A DNA stretch of 64,000 nt, from assembly GCA_937951485.1 (NCBI GenBank), contig CALEDJ010000045.1, positions 139,100 to 203,099 on the forward strand, written 5' to 3'. Made by a program: the position numbers and the translations under genes. The notes under the pieces are model-generated. The model made no database searches. It saw only the letters and a program-made list of their open reading frames with translations, and had not been told where the DNA came from. Within the stretch, counting starts at the first letter, position 1. Each line of letters opens with the position of its first letter. Below are positions 19,554-28,332 of this stretch, piece by piece. Source of the DNA: an uncultured bacterium (GTDB taxonomy: Bacteria > Hydrogenedentota > Hydrogenedentia > Hydrogenedentales > CAILVY01).

Positions 19554-22442
19554 TCAACACGAGGGTTTGTCGTCCGGCGGCGCGCATTGCGCGCGGCGCG
19601 ACAGCAGCCAGCACGACGCCGCAATAAGGGGCAGCACCGCAAGGCTCACCCAACTCAGCGTGGTCCAGCCCAGGTGGAGGAACTGCTGCACATTCACCGC
19701 GACCACGGCCACCGCCGCGAGGCCGGACACAATGCAGGTGCCGCAGTGGCAGGTCACTGTGCACACGCGGGTCTTCGGGAACAGCAGCGGTTCGAGCGTC
19801 TTGATCAGGGCGGGCAGCAGCACGAGCGTGGTCGCGCCCGACAAGAACAGGATCGCCGCCATGAAGAAGCCGACGGTGATGTAGGGCACCAGGGGCGCGA
19901 GCAGCAGCGGCAGGAAGCCCACCGCGACGACGATCACGTTGCGCATGATCGCGCGGGCCGGCTCGCCGAAGACCTCGCTGTGCGCTTCGGCCCAGGTGCC
20001 CTTTTCCGCGTAGATTTCGCGCGACCGCGCGAGGAAATGGATGGCGAAATCCACCGCCAGCCCCAGCGTCAGGGCGGACAGCACCGCGACCGGCATGTCG
20101 TAGTCTTTCCCCGCAAAGCCCATCACGCCATAGATGAGCGCAATGGTGAGGGAAAGCGGAATCATGCTCAGCAGGCCCCACAGGCCGGACCGGAACAACA
20201 CGATCATCATGAGCAGCACGATGAGGAATGCGCCCAGGAAAGACTGCGCCATGCCCCAGACCATCTTGTCCTGCCAGACGACGTTGATGTAGGTCAGGCC
20301 GAACCATTCCGGTTCCAGGCCGAAGGGCGGCGGATTCTCCGTCGTGAACGCCGCAATCGCGTTCACCACGCGGTTCATGTCCTGGTTGTCGCCGCTTTTC
20401 AACTGCACCCAGATGCTGCCTTCGCGGTAGTCCGGCGTGACGAAGTGATAGAGGTCGTTGGGGCGGTGACTGCTCTCGAACGTCAGCAGACATTGCGCCA
20501 CAGCGCTGGCGGTGTCGGGGATGCGGTACGCCTCGTCCGCGCCCTCGAACAACTCGCGATGCACCGTTTTCACGAGGTCGGCGATGGAATTTGTCTTGCC
20601 CACGATCGCCGTGGCCTCCAGCGCCTGCTGCATTTGCTCCAGATAACGCAGCGTCTCCGGCTGCTTATACAATTCACCACGCTGGCGTTCCACGCCGATG
20701 AACCTTGCCAGGTCTTCCCATGCATACGCCGCGTCGCCCGCCGCCGCCGCCAGGCGTTCCTCGATGAAGTCCGCCGCTTCGGCCAGGAGCGCGTCCGCAT
20801 CCGCGCCGCGCGCGCCGGCGGCGTCAGCGTTCTCGCGCAGGGCCGCCGCCGCTTCCACCAGGCCGGGACTCATTCCCTCGTGATCGCGCACGAACGCTTC
20901 GAGCCGCTCCCGCATGCCCGCCAGAAAATCTTCCGCGCTTTCCGCCGCGCCGGTGGGCCGCAGCGCAAGGTAGGCCATGTAGGTGCCGCCGAAATGCTCG
21001 TTCAGCACGGTATCCGCTACGCGGATCGGGTGCGACGCCTTGAACCACTTTGTCGGGTTGTCGTTGATGACGATGGTGCTCATGCCGTAGACCGACAAGA
21101 CCGCCAGCACCGCCGCGCCGGCGAAGATCAGTTTCACGCGCCGCCAGGTGAAGCGGTCCAGCCGGCCCAGGATGCGTTCCACCGGCGTATGCGCGGCGGG
21201 TTTTTCGTCCGCTCCCGCCGCATGCACCGCGCCGAAATTCTCCAGTTTCTTCTGCGGAATGAACATGATGTAGGCGGGGATGAAGCACATGGTCAAGAAC
21301 CATGCCGCGGCGATGCCAATCGCGACGAAAATGCCGAAGACCTGCACCGGTGGAATCGGCGTCAGCGACAACGAAGTGAAGCCCGCCATGGAGGTCAGTG
21401 TTGTGTAAAGCATCGGCATGAACAACGTCCGCATCACATCCGTCAGGGTTTTTCGCCGATCCTTCGTCAACTGGTAGCGTTCAAAGAATTCCGAAAGGAT
21501 ATGGATCGAGTCCAGCACCGCAATCGGCATGATGAAAATGGGGATCATCGAACTCATGATGTGGACGGTGTTTCCCGTGATCACCAGCAGGCCCATCGTC
21601 CAGATCACCGACAGTATCGCCACGATCATCGGTGAGACAATCAGCACCAGTTTTCGGAAGAACACCAGCATCAGGAGGAAGATGACGAGCATCGCCAGCG
21701 GCGCCGAGATGGCCATCTGGATGAACATCTCCACGCCGAAGGTGTCGTTCGCCACCGGCAACCCCGTGATGTGGTATTGCTCGTCGCCGTCGTAGGTCGC
21801 GATTTCCCGGCGCAACGCGGAGTACACGCGGTAACTCTGGTCCTTCGCGGTGATCGGCAGGTACAGCGAGATCATCTTGCCGCTCTCCGACACCAGCGTG
21901 CCCTTGAGGAACGGCAGGCGCATCGCCTTGTCGCGAATCGCCAGCGCCTCCTCGCGCGTCCGGGGCGGCTCCGGCATCAGCCATTCAAAACGCACCTCGC
22001 CCAGCCCGCCCTGCTCGATGTTGTCCACCGTGGACGGCGCCAGCAATTCGCTCACCACCACCCCGTCGTACTGGGTGGGGTCGTCCCTGCGCGGCCAGCG
22101 CAGGGTCTTGGCAAATTCCGTCAGCCGGTGAATCTTCTCCAGCGAGGCCGGATTGAAGACCCCGTCCGGGTCCTTGTCGTTGACGACGCCCACCACTACG
22201 ATGTCATACAGCGTGAGCGCCTTTTTCATCTGGTTGTGGAAAACGCGCACCGGCTCGTCGCTGCTGAGCATATTCTCCGGGTCCGTGTCCACCCGCAACG
22301 GCGGCAGCATGAAAAACACGCCGGGAAACAGCGTCGGCAATGCCGCGAGCAACAACAGGACCGCCGTCATCGCGATCATCACCCCCGTCACCAGGCGCGG
22401 ACGGTTCATCGAAAACTCAACCATTCGCATGCCCCGATTCAT
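19554..22442 (-). CDS. MMPL-family RND exporter (two 6-TM sterol-sensing-like halves, HpnN-like)
   Basis: 962 aa; two repeated membrane domains with large periplasmic loops; overlaps the thioredoxin gene by 4 bp. Confidence 0.8.
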   Translation of the reverse strand: MNRGMRMVEFSMNRPRLVTGVMIAMTAVLLLLAALPTLFPGVFFMLPPLRVDTDPENMLSSDEPVRVFHNQMKKALTLYDIVVVGVVNDKDPDGVFNPASLEKIHRLTEFAKTLRWPRRDDPTQYDGVVVSELLAPSTVDNIEQGGLGEVRFEWLMPEPPRTREEALAIRDKAMRLPFLKGTLVSESGKMISLYLPITAKDQSYRVYSALRREIATYDGDEQYHITGLPVANDTFGVEMFIQMAISAPLAMLVIFLLMLVFFRKLVLIVSPMIVAILSVIWTMGLLVITGNTVHIMSSMIPIFIMPIAVLDSIHILSEFFERYQLTKDRRKTLTDVMRTLFMPMLYTTLTSMAGFTSLSLTPIPPVQVFGIFVAIGIAAAWFLTMCFIPAYIMFIPQKKLENFGAVHAAGADEKPAAHTPVERILGRLDRFTWRRVKLIFAGAAVLAVLSVYGMSTIVINDNPTKWFKASHPIRVADTVLNEHFGGTYMAYLALRPTGAAESAEDFLAGMRERLEAFVRDHEGMSPGLVEAAAALRENADAAGARGADADALLAEAADFIEERLAAAAGDAAYAWEDLARFIGVERQRGELYKQPETLRYLEQMQQALEATAIVGKTNSIADLVKTVHRELFEGADEAYRIPDTASAVAQCLLTFESSHRPNDLYHFVTPDYREGSIWVQLKSGDNQDMNRVVNAIAAFTTENPPPFGLEPEWFGLTYINVVWQDKMVWGMAQSFLGAFLIVLLMMIVLFRSGLWGLLSMIPLSLTIALIYGVMGFAGKDYDMPVAVLSALTLGLAVDFAIHFLARSREIYAEKGTWAEAHSEVFGEPARAIMRNVIVVAVGFLPLLLAPLVPYITVGFFMAAILFLSGATTLVLLPALIKTLEPLLFPKTRVCTVTCHCGTCIVSGLAAVAVVAVNVQQFLHLGWTTLSWVSLAVLPLIAASCWLLSRRAQCAPPDDKPSC

Positions 22443-22810
22443 AATGCGCTCCTTCCTTGTGCAATGCTTGTTTCCGAAACCGATGCGGACTTGCTCCCGT
22501 TTTTCGAGATCCGCGCCAAGCCCCGCGTAATCGCCGCCGCAATCACCTCCGGCGGCTGCACCCCCGCCAGCCGCGCCGCCTCCGCACCGTCCGCCAATAC
22601 CACCAAGGTCGGTACTTCACCCACATCATAGCGCCAAAGCATTTCCTGCGCCACCTCCGCGTCCACCCGGCGCACCCGCACCCGCCCGCCGAAATCCGCC
22701 AGCGCCCGCTCCAGGTTGCGCCGCTGCATCTCGCACTGCACGCACCACCGCGTGAAAAAGTCCAGCAATTCCAGCCGTTTGGAGGGGTGTTCGGACGATG
22801 ACTGCCGCAT
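22439..22810 (-). CDS. thioredoxin-family protein (WCxxC)
   Basis: 123 aa; FFTRWCVQCEM active-site motif; thioredoxin-fold spacing. Confidence 0.7.
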   Translation of the reverse strand: MRQSSSEHPSKRLELLDFFTRWCVQCEMQRRNLERALADFGGRVRVRRVDAEVAQEMLWRYDVGEVPTLVVLADGAEAARLAGVQPPEVIAAAITRGLARISKNGSKSASVSETSIAQGRSAL

Positions 22811-22822
22811 CGGGACGCCTCC

Positions 22823-23026
22823 TCACCGGGACTCGCCGCAATGGCGCATCCCGGCTTTCTCCAGCACCCACATCATTGGACACCAGTTCGTGAAGCCCGA
22901 CTGAAGCAGGTTCAAGCCCACAAAAGCCGTCAGCCCCAGCCAATACGGATGGTGCGCCAGCGACAGCCCCAGGCTGCCCAGCACCACCACCCCCGCTATT
23001 GTCCGCAATGTCCGCTCAATATCCAT
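22823..23026 (-). CDS. small membrane protein, DUF2892/YgaP-like
   Basis: 67 aa; two hydrophobic helices; conserved NxxQSGFTNWCP-like segment. Confidence 0.5.
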   Translation of the reverse strand: MDIERTLRTIAGVVVLGSLGLSLAHHPYWLGLTAFVGLNLLQSGFTNWCPMMWVLEKAGMRHCGESR

Positions 23027-23071
23027 TGTTGTATTCTCCTTGGTTGTTGTGCCGAAGCGTTGTCAAGGAAA

Positions 23072-23089
23072 TTGCAAGGATTGTGCCAA
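23072..23089 (-). promoter_or_regulatory. sigma-54 (RpoN) promoter, TGGCAC-N5-TTGCA
   Basis: The minus strand reads TTGGCACAATCCTTGCAA. The -12 element lies about 46 nt upstream of the DUF2892 start codon (23026). Confidence 0.7.
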
Positions 23090-23305
23090 CGAAAGGGGAA
23101 ACGGGAATAAAATTATAAGTCTATTGAAAACAACAATTTAGGATGCAGGATGGACAGCAGGCCCTCGAAAATTCGTTGCAAGACAACGTTGCATTGCATA
23201 ATTCTTTGCATTGCAACGATTCCCTGTGATGTTGCAGAGACAACAATAATATCTCTTGCCTTTTTGCTTGATGCCTTCCCTGTGCTGACCCGGGTTTTTC
23301 CCCCG

Positions 23306-23400
23306 CCCGGCCTGTTAAAGCGTGAACATGATGTGCTACAACGTGCTTGCTCTTTGACAGTTGGTTTTCCACCCCGGCCCGGCATGTTAAAGCGTGAACA
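23306..23400. promoter_or_regulatory. two direct repeats (about 72 bp apart) containing the imperfect palindrome TGTTAAAGCGTGAACA; candidate enhancer-binding-protein UAS
   Basis: cccggcCtgttaaagcgtgaaca at 23306 and cccggcAtgttaaagcgtgaaca at 23378, 230-320 bp upstream of the sigma-54 promoter. Confidence 0.45.
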
Positions 23401-23465
23401 ACGTACACGCTGCCCCCCTGTCCCTGCTATCCCTGTTGTCTCTTCCTGTGCTTCAGCGCTTGCGC

Positions 23466-24272
23466 CTATCGTTGGTCTATGCGGTAGCCCGGCTGGGAGT
23501 AATCCCGGACGTTGGTGCCGGGCCGCGTGGGATAGGCCATATTCCCTTCGATTTTGAGACTGGGTTTGGAATAATCGCGGGCATTGGTGCCGGGGCGGGT
23601 GGGGTGGATCATGTTGCCGTCAATGCGCGCGCCGGGCTGGGAGTAATCCCGGACGTTGGTTCCGGGTCGGGTCGGATAGACCTTGTCGCCATCAATCCTG
23701 AGTCCGGGCTTGGAATAATCACGCACATTGGACCCGGGGCGCGTGGGATAGATCATGTTGCCGTCCATGCGGGCGCCGGGTTGTGACCAGTCACGCACGC
23801 CGGTTCCCGGCCGAGTGGGGAAGATGTTGTCCCCTTCGATGCGATACCCCGGTTTTGAGTAGTCGCGGACGCCGGTGCCGGGGCGGGTGGGATAGATCAT
23901 GTTGCCGTCCATGCGGGCGCCGGGTTGCGATCTGTCGGGGAGGGTCGTGCCCGGCAGGGTGGGGTAGATGTGGTCGCGAACGATTTTATATCCGGGCCGG
24001 GAATAGTCCCGAATGGTTGACCCCGGCAGGGTCGGATAGACGTTGTCGCGTTCGATGCGGTATCCGGGTTTGGACATATCCCGCACGCTGCTTCCCGGCA
24101 GGGTGGGATAAACCCTGTCCCGATCAATGACATAGCCGGGTTTGGAATAATCCCTGATGGCGCTTCCGGGATGCGTCGGAAATACCATGCCCCGCTGGGC
24201 AATCGCGCCGCCCGCCAGCCAGATCGCGACCGCCACCATGCATGCCGCCCGCACACCAGGCCGTCTTTTCAT
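23466..24272 (-). CDS. secreted protein made of about eleven 24-aa tandem repeats (consensus xYPTRPGTNVRDYSKPGxRIDGNM)
   Basis: Signal peptide MKRRPGVRAACMVAVAIWLAGGAIA after an AGGAGG RBS. The remainder is near-identical 24-aa (72-nt) repeats. Start chosen at Met 24272, not the ORF-track start 24440. Confidence 0.7.
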   Translation of the reverse strand: MKRRPGVRAACMVAVAIWLAGGAIAQRGMVFPTHPGSAIRDYSKPGYVIDRDRVYPTLPGSSVRDMSKPGYRIERDNVYPTLPGSTIRDYSRPGYKIVRDHIYPTLPGTTLPDRSQPGARMDGNMIYPTRPGTGVRDYSKPGYRIEGDNIFPTRPGTGVRDWSQPGARMDGNMIYPTRPGSNVRDYSKPGLRIDGDKVYPTRPGTNVRDYSQPGARIDGNMIHPTRPGTNARDYSKPSLKIEGNMAYPTRPGTNVRDYSQPGYRIDQR

Positions 24273-24523
24273 TGCAGTTTCCTCCTGTTTCCGATTTTCT
24301 TGCGGTTGTTTTCTCCCGTTTGTTGAATGATACCGGCTGAGAACATTTCGCATTCCATGGGGCCCGTGAGGCGCGGCCATCGCCGAAAGGTCGCATCGCC
24401 GTGCATACCGCACGTTCTGCATGCCCGGATTCACCCACATAATCAGACGAAAGAGAACAGAAAAAATTCATTGTTCCGATGGTGCTCCGGCCCCAGCCGT
24501 TCCGTGCGCCATGAATAACGGGT

Positions 24524-26269
24524 TTGCATGGAGACCACGCGCGTGGCATCATGAGGCCGGACAGGGGGAACAAACGGTCGGCGAAAATGAAAGAACCTGA
24601 TACAGAAGATAAGCGTGTGGCGCAGGATGGGTTGGATTCGGATGGGACGGAAGCGACGCGGCCTCAATCTCCGCGCCGCGATCGCGGTGCATTGCGGCCG
24701 CCGACAGACCTTCATGCGTGGCGACTCCTCCAACAGCGGCGGCGGCTGCAATTCTGGCGCGCGGGGGTGGTGGGGCTGGTGGCGGGGGGCGTGGCGGTGT
24801 TTTTCGAGCGGTCGCTCAACTGGGCGGAGGGATTGCGTTTTGAACTGCTGAGGTACCTGTACGCGGCGCATCCCACGTGGGGTTGGGTGGTGCTCCCGGT
24901 GGTGACAGGGGGTATCGGGGCCTGCATCGGATGGCTGACGGCGCGGAGTTGCCCCGAAGCGGCAGGGAGCGGTATTCCGAACGTCAAGGGCGTTCTGGCA
25001 CACACGGAAACCATGTCCTGGAAGCGTCTGTTACCGGTGAAGTTTATCGGGGGCGTGTCCTGCATCGGCAGCGGATTTTCGCTGGGTCGCGAAGGCCCGA
25101 CGGTGCAGATGGGCGCGGCGGTGGGGCAGGCGGTGGGCGGGTTACTGCGCGTGCCTGCGCAGGCGCGCCCACATCTGATTGCCTGCGGCGCGGGGGCCGG
25201 TTTGTCCGCCGCATTCAATGCGCCCCTCGCGGGATTCATCTTCACCATCGAAGAATTGCAGCGGGAATTCTCGACGCTGACCTACGGGACAGCATTGATA
25301 GCGGCCGTTGTGGCGGATATTGTGATGCGCTCGATGATGGGACACGCCCCGGCTTTTTCGATTACCGGATACGCCACCCCGCCCCTGACGGAACTGCCGC
25401 TTTTTGGGCTGGTGGGGTTGGCGGCGGGATTGCTTGGCGTGGCGTTCAATATGGCGATCCTGTGGACCAAACGCCAGAGCGACAGGCATATCCGGCTGCG
25501 CCCCTGGCAGCGGGCCGGGCTGATTGGCGTGCTGGTGGGATTGGTCGGGTGGTTTCTCCCCGAGGTGCTTGGCACCGGGCACCGTGTCGCGGAACACGTA
25601 CTTCGCGGCGACTACGCTTCATATGACATGATCGGGTTTCTGGCGCTTCTTTTTGCCGGGAAATTCGCATTGACGGTCCTGAGTTATCTCGCGGGGGTGC
25701 CGGGCGGTATTTTCGCGCCCATGCTGCTGCTTGGAGCGGTCATCGGGCTTGCTGTGGGGCAGATGGGCTTGTTTCTGTTTTCGGACCTTGCGCCGACGCC
25801 CGCCGCCTTCGCCGTGGCGGGGATGGCGGCTTATTTCTCGGCGGTGGTGCGCGCCCCCCTCACCGGCATCGTGCTGGTCCTGGAAATGACCCATAACTAT
25901 GAGCAACTCCTGCCCCTGCTGGTCGCGTGCATGATTGCCTACCTTGTGGCGGATCGGATGAATATCCGGCCCATCTATGATGCGCTGCTGCACTATTCGC
26001 TCGAACGGCGGGGTCCGGCGGCGTTGACTGCCGCCGAGCCGACACTCCAGGAATTCGTGGTGGAGCCGGAATCCTTCATGGACGGCTGCGCCATCCGCGA
26101 TCTGGGGCTGCCCGAGGGCTGCCTGCTGGTGACCATTACGCGCGCCCAACAGGAAATCATCCCCCACGGCGACACCATGCTTGCGGCGGGCGACCGCATC
26201 ACGGTCGTGGTGTCGGGACGACAGGGCCGCGCCTATGAACAACTGCACATGCTCAGCCGCGCATCCTAG
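24524..26269 (+). CDS. ClC-family chloride channel / H+-Cl- antiporter with C-terminal TrkA-C (RCK_C) domain
   Basis: GSGIPNVKG and GREGPTVQMGAAVG ClC selectivity motifs; about 10 TM segments; C-terminal ...GDRITVVVSGRQ... RCK_C-like. The real start may be Met at 24587. Confidence 0.85.
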   Translation: MHGDHARGIMRPDRGNKRSAKMKEPDTEDKRVAQDGLDSDGTEATRPQSPRRDRGALRPPTDLHAWRLLQQRRRLQFWRAGVVGLVAGGVAVFFERSLNWAEGLRFELLRYLYAAHPTWGWVVLPVVTGGIGACIGWLTARSCPEAAGSGIPNVKGVLAHTETMSWKRLLPVKFIGGVSCIGSGFSLGREGPTVQMGAAVGQAVGGLLRVPAQARPHLIACGAGAGLSAAFNAPLAGFIFTIEELQREFSTLTYGTALIAAVVADIVMRSMMGHAPAFSITGYATPPLTELPLFGLVGLAAGLLGVAFNMAILWTKRQSDRHIRLRPWQRAGLIGVLVGLVGWFLPEVLGTGHRVAEHVLRGDYASYDMIGFLALLFAGKFALTVLSYLAGVPGGIFAPMLLLGAVIGLAVGQMGLFLFSDLAPTPAAFAVAGMAAYFSAVVRAPLTGIVLVLEMTHNYEQLLPLLVACMIAYLVADRMNIRPIYDALLHYSLERRGPAALTAAEPTLQEFVVEPESFMDGCAIRDLGLPEGCLLVTITRAQQEIIPHGDTMLAAGDRITVVVSGRQGRAYEQLHMLSRAS

Positions 26270-26514
26270 AAAACATGTCCCAATCACTTGCTGACATTTC
26301 TTCCGGGACTGAGGAAGATCACCTCGCGTCATCTGTTGTTCGCTTTCCCGGATATTGCGTTCAGATGCATGGACGGACCACTCCAGTACGGTCCTTTTCC
26401 CGGAGTCTGTCGCAGATGATGAAAACATTGCCGAAAAACCTGTCGTCGGGGCTTGCCGAAAGCCCGGATGTTCTGCTACGCTATGGAAGCGATGACTGGT
26501 TGCGGGGACTATAC

Positions 26515-27450
26515 ATGCGGCTCGATATTGCAGCGCAGACGGATACGGGAAGACGCAAGACCAAGAACGAAGACTACTACGGCGTGTATCGAGAAGATAC
26601 GCCGGGGCTGAAGTTGTTCAAGGAAGGCGCTTTACTGGTGGTGGCCGACGGACTTGGAGGGCATATCGGCGGCGACATCGCCAGCAAATTGGCGGTGTCC
26701 ATTGTCCGTGACATTCTCAAGGAAGATCCGCCGCCCGCGCCCACCATCCACGATGAGATTGACGAACGTGATGAAGGGCCGCTGCCGCTCATGCGCGCCG
26801 CATTCGCCAAGGCCAACGACAGTATCTATCAAACCAACAAGGACCTGGTCCAGGGAAAGCGTCCGATGGGCACCACCGTGCTCGCCGCCCAGATCGAACC
26901 CCGAAAGGTCTATGTGGCCAATATCGGCGATTCCCGGTGTTACCACATCCGGGACGGTGAAATCATCGCCCGCACCGAAGACCATTCCTGGGTGGATGAG
27001 CAGGTGAAGATGGGGTTGATGTCCAAGGCCGAGGCCGAAACCGACCGCCGCAAGAATATTGTGACCCGCTGCGTCGGCACCCATCCCGACATCACCGTGG
27101 ACACCTACCGGTGGCACATCGTGCCCGGCGACATGCTGTTGCTGTGCACCGACGGCCTCGTCAATATGGTCTCCGACTCGGAAATCAAGAAGGAATTCCG
27201 CAAAGACGGCACCGCCGCCGACATCGCGCAGCGCCTGGTCCGCCTCGCCAATGAGAACGGCGGCAAAGACAACATCACCGTCGTCGTGGCGTGCATCAGC
27301 CCGAATCCGGTGCGGCAAATCTATCTGCGTGCGCGCTCCTTTTTTCGGCGAAACCGGATCACCATCGGGTGGCTGATCTTCCTGCTCGTTTATGGCGCTG
27401 TATGCGCCGCCGCCGGTTATTTCGCGGGGCTTCGTCGTTTGTTCTTCTGA
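26515..27450 (+). CDS. PP2C-family Ser/Thr protein phosphatase with C-terminal TM anchor
   Basis: TDTGRRKTKNEDYY, VADGLGGHIGGDIAS and LLLCTDGLVNMVSD PP2C motifs; C-terminal hydrophobic segment. The ORF-track start 26275 would add an 80-aa extension of unknown meaning. Confidence 0.8.
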   Translation: MRLDIAAQTDTGRRKTKNEDYYGVYREDTPGLKLFKEGALLVVADGLGGHIGGDIASKLAVSIVRDILKEDPPPAPTIHDEIDERDEGPLPLMRAAFAKANDSIYQTNKDLVQGKRPMGTTVLAAQIEPRKVYVANIGDSRCYHIRDGEIIARTEDHSWVDEQVKMGLMSKAEAETDRRKNIVTRCVGTHPDITVDTYRWHIVPGDMLLLCTDGLVNMVSDSEIKKEFRKDGTAADIAQRLVRLANENGGKDNITVVVACISPNPVRQIYLRARSFFRRNRITIGWLIFLLVYGAVCAAAGYFAGLRRLFF

Positions 27451-27573
27451 GTGCCGTCGGGGGCAAAGGGCGAAAGGACAAAGCGGTTTTGGAGACCCTC
27501 GGTCGAGATAGCGGATCGGCAGGGAAAAGGGCCAAAACGAGAATGGGGATCAGGGTGGGGCGTCGTTGTTTTC

Positions 27574-28329
27574 TTAGGGCAATGCGGCAGCGTAAAAGGG
27601 CAGCAGGTTGTGTCGCAAGGCTTCCACAGCGCGGCTGGCGCATTGGTGCTGTTCTTCGAGAAAACCCCGGCATTGCATGAAAAAGACTTGCTCTTCCGTG
27701 GACACGTGCGGGGCGATTCCCCGCCTCGCATCATAGACACATCGGTGCGGCTGCCGCTCTTCCGAATGCCATATGACGTCAACCCGGCGCTGTTGTCGCG
27801 GCCAGGCACCCGACATGCGCAAGAAAATCATCAGCGAGAAGCCGTTGAAAAGCATCTCCGGCACGGCATTTTCAGCGCAGACCTGCTCGCGCGCTTCTTG
27901 CAGATCATCCGCATGCAGGCTGGTGGCCAGCATGTATCCTTTTTCCTGTAAGGCGCAATAGGCGCGCAGCGGTGCGCCCCAGAGATAGGCGAAATAAGGA
28001 CCGGCCCCAATCTCATGGCAGACAAAACACCGGCGACCGTCCGAGGGCGTCGCGCTTGCCTGACGCACGACCTCCGCTGTGGCAGCGACCAGTTCCATGT
28101 CCGGCGGAACAAGGTTGAGCAAAGCGCACATGACGGTGGTTTTCCCCGCGCCGCCGGGCCGCGCACCCACCATGAATGACGCGCCCCGCGCGATGCGGAC
28201 CATCAACCACGCCGCCAGGTCGAGGTCCAGTGTTCCCGCGTCGATCAGGTCCAGCATGGAGAGCATGCGCCCGCCGCGCTGGTTGCAACGGTCGAGTTCC
28301 CGGCAATGCCGTCGTACGGCGGCGTCCAT
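27574..28329 (-). CDS. minimal CpaF/VirB11 (T2SS_E)-family P-loop ATPase-like protein
   Basis: 251 aa. ...LDLIDAGTLDLDLAAWLMVRIARGASFMVGARPGGAGKTT (Walker A) ...RCFVCHEIG (Walker B/E-box-like) ...GYMLATSLHADDLQEAREQ (His-box-like) follow the order of secretion ATPases. The N-terminal domain is lacking. Confidence 0.5.
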   Translation of the reverse strand: MDAAVRRHCRELDRCNQRGGRMLSMLDLIDAGTLDLDLAAWLMVRIARGASFMVGARPGGAGKTTVMCALLNLVPPDMELVAATAEVVRQASATPSDGRRCFVCHEIGAGPYFAYLWGAPLRAYCALQEKGYMLATSLHADDLQEAREQVCAENAVPEMLFNGFSLMIFLRMSGAWPRQQRRVDVIWHSEERQPHRCVYDARRGIAPHVSTEEQVFFMQCRGFLEEQHQCASRAVEALRHNLLPFYAAALP

Positions 28330-28332
28330 GCG

